Shown here: positions 25,947-40,829 of the stretch, one piece after another
Position numbering within the stretch: the first letter of the stretch is position 1
Layout of the letters: the number at the start of each line of letters is the position of its first letter
Assembly (NCBI GenBank): GCA_951406725.2
Contig: OX597828.1
Coordinates: 45,756,001-45,820,000 of the forward strand
Reading direction: 5' to 3'
Origin: Octopus vulgaris
Lineage: Eukaryota
Length of the DNA stretch: 64,000 bases
Made by a program: the position numbers and the translations under genes
Notes under the pieces: generated by a model
The model's input: the letters and a program-made list of their open reading frames with translations, nothing else
Database searches by the model: none
What the model was told of the DNA's origin: nothing

Positions 25947-26524
25947 TGGTGGCTGCCCCCTCGTTATCGAGTATGGCCATTGCACGAAGCTTAATCAATG
26001 TTGTTATCGTGCAATGCCTGTGTAAGAAGGTATTTTTTAAAGTGAGGAAAGGATGTGCACTGAGTCAATCCCACTCACTAAGCAACAGCAGCCATAATCC
26101 GGAAAGAAGAACAAGTCAACATCATCGGTAACCACTGAACCGCAGGTTTTATGTCGGAGTTATCCTAGTTACCTGAGTTACCATCTCCTAGAAGGATGCC
26201 CTAACAAAGGCTATCTCCTAGAAGGATGCCCTAACAAAGGCTAGGAGTCCTTCACTTCCAATGGTTTAACCGCGGGTATTCAGTCCGATTATTTCTGCGT
26301 CCCCGCGCATGATACAGCCTTAAGACATTTATTGGATGGCCGTTGACTCTCAAGAGTTCCTCCGCCCTTTGACGGGTTTTGTTTTTCATCCCGCAGGGTG
26401 TCCGATAAACACCCTCCTCACCAAGCAAGCTTGGTGGGATTACCGGTTTAGTCGCCGACGTTCCGACTATGCAACAAGTTGTACTGGGTTTACATGTTAC
26501 CAGTGGCACTCGAAAGTGACCTGA
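25947..26524 (-). mobile_element. ~580-bp non-autonomous RTE-like element in (TACA)n, with an internal 30-bp tandem duplication at 26183-26242
   Basis: End-to-end match to 53108-53657; the minus-strand motifs ttagggcatccttctaggagatggtaactc and catactcgataacgaggggg resemble RTE 5' UTR and 3' ends as I recall them. Confidence 0.7.
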
Positions 26525-26706
26525 CATACATACATACTACATACACACACACATATATATTGTGGTGATAGTGTCTCTTGACGTCTATTTTACAGTGCGT
26601 GGTGAAGCACAAGTAAAGCCCTTGTTAAAATTATTTATAAAATGTACGTCTGAGGTTTTATTTGTGCGCTGACCACTTGGAATAAATCATTAATGATTTT
26701 TACACT

Positions 26707-26856
<150 letters not shown>

Positions 26857-27272
26857 TAAAAAAGATTTACTCCTTGATCAAAACTGTATTAACTGCAGAC
26901 TTGATTTTTAACACATTACACGTGGCTATAAGAGAAGAATATGAATTCTCCTTTGCAGCATATGTATGCGAGTCTCGACGGATATAAGCTGAGCGAAGAC
27001 GCAGCTCGTTCACGTATCCGTGGCTACTCGTATATTTATGCCAGGAGTACTGACGCTGATGAAGGCAATAGGTAATGTTTTTTTATTATTTTAAGCTCGA
27101 AACACGATCATGTACGCGGTTAATTGAAGTCTTGATTCATTTTCTTTCTTTTGCTAGCTTTTTATGTAGTGTGTTTCTCTCGGAGAACTTACGGTGGTAA
27201 TAGTGTCTCTTGGCGTCTATTTTTCAGTGCGTGGTGAGGCTCAAGCGAAGCCCTTGTTATAATTATATATAT

Positions 27273-27427
27273 AGTGGCTGTATGGCAAGCAGCTTGCTTA
27301 CCAACCACATGGTTCCGGGTTCATTCCCACTACGTGGCATCTTGGGCAAGTGTCTTCTACTCAAGCCTCGGGTCGACCGAAGCCTTGTGTGCTGACGGAA
27401 ACTGAAAGAAGCCCGTCGTATATATGT

Positions 27428-27461
<34 letters not shown>

Positions 27462-27683
27462 GTGTGTGTATATGTTTGTGTGTCTCTGTTTGTCCACCTA
27501 ACATCGCTTGACAACCGATGCTGATGTGTTTATGTCCCTGTAACTTAGCGGTTCGGCAAAAGAGCCTGCTAGAATAAGTACTAGGTTTACAAAGAATAAG
27601 TCCTGGGGTCGATTTACTCGATTATAGGTGGTGCTCCAGCATGACCACAGTCAAATGACTGAAACAAGTAAAAGAGTAAAAGT
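27273..27683 (+). mobile_element. SINE family A
   Basis: Matches 5371-5784. Confidence 0.88.
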
Positions 27684-27687
27684 GTGC

Positions 27688-27788
<101 letters not shown>

Positions 27789-27789
27789 T

Positions 27790-27826
<37 letters not shown>

Positions 27827-27831
27827 TACAT

Positions 27832-27889
<58 letters not shown>

Positions 27890-28160
27890 CGGGTTCTTTC
27901 AGTTTCTGTGTACCAAATCAACTCACAAAGCTTTAGTCGCTCCGACGCCATTGCAGAAAACACTTGCCCAAGGTGCTACACTGTGGAACTGAACTCTGAA
28001 GCATGAGGTTGGGAAGCAAACGTACCACACAGCCTCACTTGCACCTGTCTGGAGTCGGAACAAAAGTCATCGTATAACATGCTTCGAATAATCATGCATT
28101 ACCGACATGTCAATTATGGTCATGAACAGCATCATCTTCAGCGTTACCATCATCGCCGTC

Positions 28161-28410
28161 GTGGAGGAAAGAAAACAGACGTGAGATATGCAGGGATATT
28201 GTAACTGCAGTGCTGTTATTTAAGCAGAATGGTATACATATAAGTTTCCTGTGTCCTTGACACAGGAAACTTATATGCACACGCATAGAAAACTTCTGCC
28301 TAAATAATGGAAGTGCCCCAGCATGGCCACAGCTCGTGAGCTGAAACTAGATAAAATATCAAATATATACAATATCCTTGCATATCTCACGTCTAGTTTC
28401 ATTCCTCCAC
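28161..28410. repeat. Nested inverted repeat (fold-back)
   Basis: Perfect 19-bp arms 28237-28255/28259-28277; middle arms ~28217-28229/28294-28307; imperfect outer arms 28161-28203/28368-28410. Confidence 0.85.
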
Positions 28411-28469
28411 TTCACTCTCTATTTCATATCTTCTCTAGAATAACTATTGCTTAACCTTTTTCTCGCACC

Positions 28470-28517
28470 GCCTCCGATGAAGGGATATATAAAATATCCC
28501 GGAAACAGCTGTAAGAC
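28470..28517 (+). ncRNA. Degenerate minimal hammerhead motif
   Basis: gcct CCGAUGA a gggaua-loop-uauccc g GAA ACAGCUGU A agac; same family as 59957-60050. Confidence 0.55.
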
Positions 28518-28579
28518 CTTCTCTTTATAAATGTTCAGAAATCTTTCACAGACATGGATTTTTATTTCATTCTGTTCAT

Positions 28580-28611
<32 letters not shown>

Positions 28612-28745
28612 GCATGCTAATATATGATCTACGTTGGACTCCTCATTCACATAATCACCGAACCTGGAGCTTAACTATAGTCTGTCCATAGCATTTACTC
28701 AGCATTACCTGACAGCTTTGTATCTTCTTGACACCATTACCTTTC

Positions 28746-28849
<104 letters not shown>

Positions 28850-29426
28850 GGGAGAGTTTACGAAAAAAACAAAAGACGAAGACAGGTGGTGTACAAAACA
28901 AACAGATGTATTAGTATAACGCTCAGGAATAGAAAAAGTCTTTTACGTTTCGAGCCTATGCTCTTCTACAGAAAGGGACACAGAAAAAACAAGGAGAGAA
29001 AAAAATGTGTGTAGTGGCTAACGATCTACATATATATATATTTAACTATATATATATATATATACATACACACCTATATATATATATATACGTATACATA
29101 TACATATAAATATATATATATATATAGGTATATATATATTATATATATATGCCTACATTTATAATATATATATTATATGATGGTAATCTTCTAGCGTATG
29201 GTTATCCACCTAGTGGTTTCCCTAAATACACACACACACACACACACTCACACACACATATATATATATATATAATCTGGGATTATCCAATAATTTTTTG
29301 CTACTTTATTTGTCTATTTGTCTTTTCACCCGGTGCTGTATATCCATTATGTGTGTTTTAGAGTCAAGTTTTGATTGCTGTCTCTAGCATGTTGTTATCT
29401 CTTAGATAACCTTAATTATAATTTTA

Positions 29427-29462
<36 letters not shown>

Positions 29463-29623
29463 TGTATGTATGAAGTAAAGACTGGAACTGGTAAATTACA
29501 GACTACGTGGCATAGTGTATATTTCAGAAAGCTTATTGTGTCATTTTTATCTATTTTATACACTATTTTTGCCTATGTCATTTTTACCAAAATTCACACC
29601 TTTAAATATATATATATATATAT

Positions 29624-29673
<50 letters not shown>

Positions 29674-30033
29674 ATATATACATACTTATAGAAATATATA
29701 TATATATATATATTTATAGGTATATGTATACGTATATATATAGGTGTGTGTGCATATATATATAGTTATATATATATATATATATTTATATAGGTATATG
29801 TATAGGTGTATATATAGGTGTGTATACATATATATATAGTTATATATATATATATTTATATAGGTATATGTATACGTATATATATATGTGTGTATGTATA
29901 TATATAAAGTTATATATATATATGCATATATATATATATATATATAGTTATATATATATATAATACACACATACATACATACATATATGCACACATATAT
30001 ACACACACGCACACACACACGTACACATACATG

Positions 30034-30095
<62 letters not shown>

Positions 30096-30687
30096 CACAT
30101 ATATAAAATATATGTATATGCCTAAGTATTCCAGACAGATAACTTGACAGAATTTGTAATCATGCGAAATAAATCGATTTCTAGTGTGTAAATTGTTCAG
30201 TCAACCGTTACAGCTCTATCCATAATTCGACACCGAATCGAGAGCAGCAATTTGCCTCAGTCTACCAGTTCACAATACTATAAGGTTATTGAAGACAACT
30301 AAAGGAACTCGACACATAATACATATGTCAAAATGTCCAATATATCTAAGGTGTCATACGTCATCAAACTATACACACACGTGCTTCTGCATGTGCGTGC
30401 GCGCGTATGTGTGTGGCTTGTATTTGCGTTCTTATATCTGTAATTTGCGCATATATGTATGTATGTAATTGTTTGGTGTAGAGCTGCATTCGTAGATGTT
30501 TATTGACGTGTAGGATATAAACTACCAGACGTACCTATGTACTATACACAGGTGCGTCTGTGATTCTATGACATATGTGTGTGTATTCATATATGCCTAC
30601 ACATGTTTCTATGTATATATATATAGGTATATATATGTGTATGTGTATATGTATTTTCCTCTCTCTCGATACATATATATTTTTTTT

Positions 30688-30917
30688 TTTCTTTACTACC
30701 CACAAGGGGCTAAACACAGAGGGGACAAACAAGGACAGACAAACGGGTTAAGTCGATTACATCGACCCCAGTGCGTAACTGGTACTTAATTTATCGACCC
30801 CGAAAGGATGAAAGGCAAAGTCGACCTCGGCAGAATTTGAACTCGGAACGTAACGACAGATGAAATACGGCTACGAATTTCGCCCGGCGTGCTAACGTTT
30901 CTACCAGCTCGCCGCCT
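30688..30917 (-). mobile_element. Well-preserved SINE family B (tail type 1)
   Basis: Minus strand: aggcggcgagctggtagaaacgttagcacgccgggcg...gagttcaaattc (B box)...gtcgactttgcctttcatcctttcggggtcgat...tttagccccttgtgggtagtaaag. Confidence 0.9.
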
Positions 30918-31066
30918 AATATATATATAATTAAGAGACCGAACCTCTATAAAGTAATTCAAATAATGATCAAAGATATTATCTCTAATAAAATATAAAT
31001 TTAAATATATTATTAATATTGTACTAAAAATTATTATACTGAATAATACACATTATTTAGTATAGT

Positions 31067-31151
<85 letters not shown>

Positions 31152-31597
31152 CATATAAGCAGGCCCGGACATGGATGTGTGGTAAGAAGCTTGGTTTCCA
31201 ATCACATGATTCTGGGTTCTGTCCCACTGCGTGGTACCGTGAGCAAGTGTATCAGTCTACTATAGCCTGAGGGCGACCAAGTTCTTGTAAGTGGATTTGG
31301 TAGAAAAACACCCGTTGTATGTATGTATATATATATATATACAGTTTTTGTCTGTAAAATTCCAACACATTCGACACTTCTAAAGTTTGTTTTATAAAAT
31401 ACTCTCACTTTCGCAAAGCTGGAACTTTTAGCGTAATGATTAGAGTACAGAGCCTGTATCTAAGGAGTACGGAGTTCAATCCCCAATAGCCGCCTGCTGG
31501 CAATTTTCTCCCCCCTTCTTCTGAGTCTAAATACTCATACCTAATCTGTCTCTGCTGTTTTCACAGCTACACCCAGTTCGAAATGTACTTTCTCGTA

Positions 31598-31648
<51 letters not shown>

Positions 31649-32097
31649 TGTATATACATATACAAGTCCGTAATTTATAATGTCTTCTGTTTTTGTTCTC
31701 AACAATTTTAGTAGACTTGATGCCGTGTCTCCATCCATACATCTTGTTTGTTAAACATATTTTTACAGCATATGGATGTGTCAAGTTTCGGAAACTTCTG
31801 TGTATTATTGAAGATTTCAACATCAATGTGAATATGGATAGATTGTGTCTGTCTATGGCAACGAGGGCGTTCCATGGTTTGAAATCTGTATCAACACAAC
31901 ACAAGACCCAGATGGTAACACTGAAGCAACATCTCCAGCAGAGATAAAAAAGGTCAGCTTCTAAGGGGATAAAGTTTGCGAGCACGAAAATAAAAACATG
32001 ATTATTAAAACTAATGAACTTGAGTAGAAAATAAACGATATCACTGGACTCTTCGCATGGAGCTTCGGAAAACCCTGCTTAACAGTAGAACAAAGCG

Positions 32098-32198
<101 letters not shown>

Positions 32199-32922
32199 TA
32201 TATATATGAATATATATATAATAATATAATATAATATATATATATGTATATATATGTGTGTAAGTGTGTGTGTATGTACGTGTAACATACACACATAAAT
32301 ACATGTATAAATACATGTATAAATACATATATATACATACATACTTATAAACATACATACATACATACATACATACATACATACATACATACATACATAC
32401 ATACATACTTACGTACGTACGTACATGAAAATTTGCACAAAACAACTAGAAATACTCAGTGTCGCAGTAAAAGAGCAATACAAAAATTGACGCGGATTCT
32501 CCAAAATCAATCTGTTCGCGGTACAGTGAAGATTTACCAGACATACCAAAAATTTTCCATGTGATATTTTTATGTAAATAGGTGCACACACTTAAGTGTA
32601 TGTATTAACAGTTCAACCAACACACCAAATCAGCCACATGTTTACAAACACAAACAACTCTCTGAACTAAAATAATGTGTTGCTTTGTTAGCGACCGGTT
32701 CAAACCCTCTTAAGAACTTAAATTAAACTCAAACAAAAAAACATACATACATATATGTGAATAGATCATGGTCTGACTATGAAGGAGTGATGCTAGAGCT
32801 GTGAAGTATCGCTTGCATTAATTTCAAATGTTCTTATTAACAACTGCATTATTTTTTCCATGTAAACTGGTATCTGACTGTTTAAAGACTTCAAAAGTAA
32901 CTAGTGGTGACTTCTCTTCAAA

Positions 32923-33974
32923 ATGGAGAAAATTTGGTATCGTGGTGTTATGAAGTACTTGTAGAAAAAGGTTTAGCCCCAAACGACATTCATATCGCAA
33001 TGGTTGATACATTAAGAGATTATGCTCCAGGTTTATCAACAGTGCAAAAGTGAGCAGCTGGATTTTGGGAGGGGAAGCGAGAGTCTTGAAAATGACCCAA
33101 CGTTTGGACGACCTGCAAGTGTAACCACTGAGGAAAACATTGATCGTGTTCACAACGTGGTGATAGATGATTGACTATAAATCAAATAGCCAATGCCATT
33201 AGCATATCTCGCCAGAGAGTTGAGTATATTGTGCATAATGACCTTGGCATGGCAAGCTTTTTGCTCAGTGGGTGCAACGACTTCTGACACCTTATCAAAA
33301 GCGCATCAGGTTGATTATATCACAGGAAAATCTAATATTGTTTCAAGCGAACTCAGCTATTTATTTTTTAACGTTTCCTATTTCAGTATCAGTGTTGCCT
33401 TCATCACTTTCAACCAGATACAAAGAGATAATCCAAGCACTGCAAACATCTGTCCTCACCTGCTCTAAAGAAAACTAAGTTCATTTCATCTGCAGAGTAG
33501 ATAATGGACAGTTTTGGGGGGATGCAAAAGGCATTGTGTTTGTTAATTGACTTCAAAATGGCCCCACGACCATTGGTGAATACAATGCCAACATGCTGAG
33601 GTACTTACGAACGGATATCAACATGAAACGCCCAGTAAAACTGACGAAAGGGGACTTATTTCAATAGGACAATACTCCAGCACACAAGATTCAATAATTG
33701 TTGAGCGTTACTGTGGTTATGAATTGGTTGATTACCGTCCCAAACTCTTCTGGTTTGGCCCCATCTGAGTGACGTTTGTTCCCCAATAAGAACCCCCCCC
33801 CCAAAAAAAATACACATGGCTGGGAATCTGTATCGCAGGATTTATGATGTCACATCTGCTGCTGATGACTTTTTAGACCAACAGAATGATAGTTTCTTTA
33901 GCAATGCGATCGAAACACTTCAACACCAAAGAAGTAAGTGTAAGGACCGCAAGGAGGATTATATTGTAAAATAA
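32923..33974 (+). mobile_element. Mariner transposase pseudogene
   Basis: MEKIWYRGVMKYL...STVQK*AAGF...ESLENDP..GRP...WVQRLLT (WVPxxL motif)...DAKGIV...DNTPAH...GLAPSE (SPDLAPSD motif)...EDYIVK*, with many stops and frameshifts. Confidence 0.9.
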
Positions 33975-34174
33975 ACTTCACCCTCATTTGTTCACATTTC
34001 ATGAGAGTATCTTAGCTTATGAAATTCTCGGCCCACTTTCTCGTTCGCGCGTGTAAATATATATATATATATATATAAAACTTTTTAATACTTTTTGATA
34101 GTTATATATATATATATATATATATATAAATATTATTAAATAAATAAATAAATAAAAAATGAAAATAAAAATAA

Positions 34175-34226
<52 letters not shown>

Positions 34227-35399
34227 TTATGAAAATAAATTAATAATTTTAAATTTTTAACTTTGAATTTAAATAATTTAAATTTTAAATTTGTATTTTA
34301 TGTATTTTGTATATTATATTAATTAATTTTATTTCTATGTTTTGGTTTATGTTTTTCACTGTTTGATTTGCCTAATAGTGGTTTTATCTCTAATTTAATT
34401 TATATGTATGTATGTATATATATATATATATATATGCATAAATATATATATATATATGTATATATATATATTTGTATATACATGTATGTATGTGTGTATG
34501 TATATATGTATTTGCATGTATATGTGTGTGTGTTTGTGCGTGCGTGTGCGTTGATGTGCGTGCGTGTGCGTATGTGTGTGTGTATGTGTATGTGTGTGTG
34601 TATATATGTGTGTGTGTGTGAGGAAGTCGTTTGTCTCTGTTCTGATTTATGTTAAACTATCTCCTAGAAACAGGAGTTTCCCAACCCTAGTTCTAATACC
34701 GTGAGATTACCAAGACAATAGACTGAGTCCTCGAGTCGTAAGTTTACTCACGTACATGTACCAAGAGTTTCGGTACAATATTTATGCCATTTTTTTGTTA
34801 GCTACTTTTGTTTTATTTTTGTTGTTATTGTTGTCATACACATTGTTGATACTTACTTTATAGTTATTGCTGTTTGAGTCCTTGTTATGTACGTTACATT
34901 GTTGCCCAGATCAGCTAACAATTATTGAGATCTTTAGCAGTGAGGTAACCCAGTAAATAATGAATTAAGTGCAAGCACACGTAATGTAGCCGGAACTTTA
35001 GAGCAGTGATTCTCAATCGTTTTACACTAAGAAAATCCTTGAAATGCTTTCCAATGTTCCAGAGAAACCGGAACTTAAAAATTGAAACATTGTGCTTTTA
35101 GAATTGTTTGTTTGCTTTAATGTAATGAAATTTCATAAAAGAAAAAAAAAGCAAAAGAAAAAAAAACAACTGTTTTTTAATCTGCGTTTTAAATAATCTG
35201 TGGGTTAACCTGTGTTTTAAATCTGTCAGATACCAGAAGACATGAGTTAGGAAATTTTATCTTAAGCAAAATATTGTTTAGACCAAATTCCTTAATTTCT
35301 TTTTAAGAAGTCGTTTTCGTCGTACGATCTCTTTACTACATGCAGATGCTGGGGTTTCGAATATGCCGAGTGTTTATAAGTATAACTATCTTTTATATA

Positions 35400-35850
35400 G
35401 GCAGAAGACCATTAGTTGTAAGGGTAGAAGTATAGTAGATTACGTCGATTTCTACTTAAAATGTGTATTACATTGTTGACTCGGAAAGATGAAATGCAAT
35501 TTTGGCCGCAGTGGTGAGTGCGCTTAGGACGTAAAGATTCAGAGCAGATACTGCAAGAATTTCGTCCGACGCTGTAACGATTCTGCAATTTCCCCACTCT
35601 GTGCATTTCTTATCATTTATTTCTTTATCTTTTGCATGTTTCAGTCATCAGAGTGCGGAAGGATGAGAGGCAAACTCTACCTCGGTAGAATTTGAACCCA
35701 GAACCTAAAGTAAATCGAAGTCAATACCGTAATTACGAGGGGAGGAGGTTAATCGATTAGGTCCGAACATATCCTTCGGAAGAAAAATATCTGAGCAAGG
35801 GAATACAGCAAAGAATTTTGTCCGATGCTCTAACGATTCTGTTAGGTCCT
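35400..35850 (-). mobile_element. Old SINE family B fragments (more at 36820-36960 and 37070-37210)
   Basis: ggaaagatgaaatgcaa..., ctacctcggtagaatttgaacccagaac, ttcgtccgacgctgtaacgattctgc. Confidence 0.6.
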
Positions 35851-37432
35851 CGTGCATATTTGTAATATAAACACAGAACCAGAAATAAACATAAACAGAA
35901 ACTAAAAATGTATTTAAATGTCATTAGCCTATTTTGTCGTATTCCTCATGTAACCCCTAGCGACCTCTCACGGTGCGTCGGCTATCGCTGGAATAAGTGA
36001 AAGACTAAAAGTAAGTATTAAGTTCGACTTGTTTAACAACACATTTGAAGGTGGTGCTCCAGCATGGCCGCAGTCGAATGCTTGCATAAAGTAAAAGGAA
36101 AAAAAAGAACATGAAGAAAGAGATTAAAAGATTTGTATCAGGGGTAACAATATCAGGGGAGCTTTCAATGCGTAAAGGGATCAATTTCTCACTTATGGAA
36201 TACAGTGAGATTGCCCAGGCAATTAATATGCAAAAAAACCCTCTCGTGAGAGACAATCAGGACCAATAAACAAGGGAGATAACCACATCATTATTAATCT
36301 TGCGTCGTTTTGGTAAAATAAATACGATGCCAATTGGGGTGCAAAGGGTGTGTTTCGTGTGTGTTCCGATTAGACTAATTTACGTAGCTACCTTCAAAGA
36401 GTTTCTCCTTGTTTAATTAAGAAGCCAAGTCTCCTCCAAATGTTTCTCTATTGTCTCCAGAAAGGGAAGTTACATAGAGAAGAGAGATTTCGCTTTGAAC
36501 ATTAAGGTGCAGCGCAGTTACGGTCTTTCATGTTTATCTACTCTTAGCGTGACGTTAGCAAAATAACCTGGCGAGAATCGCAAAACGAACGGATTTTCTT
36601 TGTTATCATAGATAATTGGGGTTATGACGGACATGCACTTCCTATGCTACTTCGGTGACATTAATTAATTGAATGGACCAAAATGAACTTTATCAAGGAT
36701 CCAACCCCCTGGTACTTTGATCTGCTGTATACCGCTTACATACAAATAGCAGTTTGAAAACGAAATAAGGATTTATTTATTAGGCATATGGTAAGAAAGT
36801 TTCGCAGATGAAGTAAAGAACAGTCAATAATATCGACTCCAGTTCTTGACTGGTACTTCTTTTTGTCAACCCTGACCAACCCGACAAAATGAACGGCAAA
36901 TTCAACCTCAGTGTGGCAATTATCGCACGGTATTTCGTCTGATGTTCAAGCAGTTTGCCGATCCAAAGCCCAATGTACCGGCAAATTATTCTGCTTGTCC
37001 GCCATACATGTAGGTAGGAATATGCTTTTAATTTAGGTAGAGATTCGGCCATTTAGACTGGAGTTGCAAGTCGATTAAGCCTACATCAGTTTTTTATTGG
37101 CTGTTTCAATTTCTTGATCCCTAAAAATGAAAGACAGAGTTGACCTCAGCGGGATTTGAACTCAGAGCACGAAGACTCGAGAGAATTATCTCAAAACAAT
37201 TCTGCTGGTCCACCGTTCTTCTACAGAGAAATAATAACAAATATTCCTATAAATTATTTCTTTCTACAAATTCCTTCTTGATTCTTGTTCAACAAGAAAT
37301 GGTGAGGTTAAATTTCTCTCACACTCGCGCAAGTCCAACAGTAAGTTTCACGTTGTAAAAAGTCACACGAACTTCCTATTAGCTTAATTTATGGATACTA
37401 GTTCTTTGTCACCCATTTACGATGACCTATCT

Positions 37433-37707
37433 CAGTGGTTCTGATCTGGAGTCCACGTGACACTTGAGGATCCACATAAAATTTTGTTGCTAAAATTTAG
37501 GTACAATGAACTGGTTATAATTCTTCAATAAGCAAAATATTTTAAGAATTTTATATATATATATATATACAACTCCTAATAATATTTAATCATAAAAATA
37601 CAATAGAATTAATTGAGCATCAAACGGTTATAAGGGCTCACCCAAGCAAAATAGTTAACATAGGGGTCCCTTGGTAAAAAAAAAAAAAAATTGGTTGAGA
37701 ACCACTG
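37433..37707. mobile_element. hAT/Charlie-type MITE
   Basis: Terminal inverted repeats CAGTGGTTCT ... AGAACCACTG; an 8-bp TSD is not recognisable. Confidence 0.65.
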
Positions 37708-38144
37708 GTTTAAAACTAACCATATGAAAACTAGTCATACACTACACGAGACTTAATCATTGTCGAATCAGCTACATTGAAACAGATATACAGAAGAAAG
37801 ATCTGCTTGTATGGGTTAGACACTCCATTTTTTTAACGACACTTTTCAACGTTCACCACCCACCAAATTTACTGCGATTCAACACAATTGAAAACACCAC
37901 AAAAATTGGCTTCTGACATTAAGTGATCATTTATACAAAAATCATATATTAAACCTATCAATACGGCAGTTCGATCTCAAATATTTCCAGATGTTTTGCA
38001 CACAATAAAAATTGAAAATATTTTCGAACAATCGGGCAATTAAGAGATGCATCTATGGCCCTTTCCCCCTTAACTGTGTAAAACTTTTCACTGCCTCTAG
38101 GGAAGGCACTTTGGGAAACCCCAGTAGAGACTGTACATCGCTAA

Positions 38145-38359
38145 TCTTTTCTACTCTAGGCATAAGGCCCGAAATTTTTGGGGAGGAGGGACAGCCGATT
38201 ATATCGACTCCAGTACTCAACTGGTACTTAATCTATCAACCCCAAAATGATGAAAGGCAAAGTCGACCTCGGCGGAATTTGAACTCGGAACGTAACAGCA
38301 GACGAAATACTGCTAAGCATTTCGCCCTGCGTGCTAACGTTTCTGCCTGCTCGCCACCT
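38145..38359 (-). mobile_element. SINE family B (tail type 2)
   Basis: ttttctactctaggcataaggcccgaaattt...gtcgacctcggcggaatttgaactc...ctcgccacct. Confidence 0.88.
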
Positions 38360-38630
38360 AAGAGTTTCGGTGTATGTGAAGGTCATTGATAGCATTGTCG
38401 TCTGAGTGAACCATTAATTCACTGCTTCGTATTCTTGTCTGTCGTAGTTTCTTATCAATGCAGCCAAGGTATTTAACAGACAACTCAATCCCCGCTGGCT
38501 CTAAGTGAATAACAACATACTAGCAAACTTATATTAGTTTTGTCACTGATCTAGAAGAAGAAAACTAGCATCCGTCAACGTTTCCCTAACTTTAGAGACG
38601 CATGAGATGAAGGGAGAACGTCATTTACAT

Positions 38631-39012
38631 AGGCGCAGGCGTAGCTCTGTGATAAGAAGTTTGCTTCTCAACCACATGGTTGCAGGTTCAGTCCCACTAT
38701 GCGGCATCTTGGGCAAGAGTTTTCTACTATGGTCCCAGGCCGACTAAAGCCTTGTGAGTGGATTAGGTAGACAGAAACAGAAAGAAGTACGTTGTACAAA
38801 CACACGCATACGCACAAACACACATACACACACACATACACACCCACGTGTATATGCGCGTGTGCCATTTGTTTCTGTATTTTGTTACTCATCAATGAGT
38901 AAAAGCTGATGTTGGTTTGTTTACATCCCCGTGAACTAGGGGTCCGGCAAAAGAGATCAATAAAAGCAGTACCGTGCTTAAAAAAAGAAGTAGAGGGTCG
39001 ATTCGTTGGACT
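38631..39012 (+). mobile_element. Diverged SINE family A
   Basis: aggcgcaggcgtagctctgtgataag...gcatcttgggcaag...ggtccggcaaaagaga. Confidence 0.8.
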
Positions 39013-39050
39013 AGGAGACACGTGCACATGCACTCTATTATATATATATG

Positions 39051-39113
<63 letters not shown>

Positions 39114-39295
39114 ATATATATATATATATATATACGGTGGGCTTCTTTCATCTCCCATTAATCAGATCCGCTCATAAAGTTTTGGTCGGCCCGAGGATGA
39201 CAGAGGGGTCACTTGCTCAAGGAGCCACGGAAAGAAACTGAACGCGGGACTATTTGGTTTGGAAGCAAAATTCTTACTACATAACCACACCTGTG

Positions 39296-39397
<102 letters not shown>

Positions 39398-40129
39398 ATA
39401 AATAGATAGATAGATAAATAGATAGATATATAGAAAATTCTGAAATTCCGGTACCTAAGTGCTCATGCTGATGGAGATCCACATATCTATTAACCACTTT
39501 TCAAATCAAAAATGAAACTCCTGGACTTCAGTGTGACTGTTCATGTGGATATATGAATCAACGGTGCACATGCATACGTTCGCGCGAGCGCTGTGCATGT
39601 AAATATGTATTTGTGGGAGGGCGACTTGTAATATGGAAAGCTTTAATCGTTATTCTTAAGAATGGCTGATGACTGATGCTAATAAACAAGCGAAAGGGTA
39701 GTGAGTAAATGAAACGATAGAAATAAGATAAATAAATAAATGAGCAAAAGAAAAAAAAGTGAAACTGTTTTATTTTAGGTGTGGTCGGTTGAAGGTGAGT
39801 GAACAAGAATAGTGGAGGTTTGTTGCATCAGTTAATCAGTGGAGGCTGCTATGTTTCGGGTGTGGTCCGTTGAAGTGGGGTGATATTGCACACCAGAGAA
39901 AGAGAATTAATAATGTCCATTGCATATGGTTAATTTATGTCAAACGCACTCCGCCACACACACACACACACAATACACACATAAGTGTATATACATAGAC
40001 CGTGACAAAGATTGTGTGTATGTATTTGTGTGTGTGTGTGTGTGTATTTGTGTGCAGTGTAGTGTGTTATGATGGAGGGAGAAACACGGGTGGTACAAAC
40101 AGCCATATTTACATGTGCGTGCATACAAG

Positions 40130-40180
<51 letters not shown>

Positions 40181-40734
40181 ACACACATATACAGACAGAC
40201 ACAAACACATTCACAAACGTACAATTATATAACAGAAGACAAATACGAACGCTGATACAAACAACATTAAAATTACAGACATTTATTTACACTCACTTAC
40301 ATACACACATGCATATATGTGTGTGTGTGTGTGTTTATATAATTATGGATACATAATATGTATATATTATTCATATATATATATATATATATATATATTA
40401 TTCATATATATATATATATACGTACATGTTTATATAATTATATGCATGTGTAGATATATTTATATACATATGCATATATATATATGTATATAAACGTAGA
40501 TCATTTTACTGTTATAAATATGTATAATGCTTCTATATACATAACTATTTATATATATGTATATATATATATACATATATATATATATGTATGTATAATA
40601 TATATATATACATATATATATAAATAACGTGTATATCAGCTTACAATTATATACATGTGCATATCAATGTACTAGAACGTTTGAGTTCGTGTGTATATTC
40701 ATATATATATATATAGATATATGATATATGTTTG

Positions 40735-40787
<53 letters not shown>

Positions 40788-40790
40788 CAT

Positions 40791-40829
<39 letters not shown>

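Noticed and set aside
31425-31495. tRNA gene
   Set aside because: A- and B-box-like words are present, but there is no acceptor stem or full cloverleaf; probably a decayed SINE head.
31693-31985. Possible exon or endonuclease remnant (CIIEDFNINV)
   Set aside because: A single short GDFN-like match with no other motif.
39779-39794. 16-nt microexon with ttttag and gtgagt flanks
   Set aside because: The same 17-mer recurs near 39860 without splice signals, and no partner exons were found.
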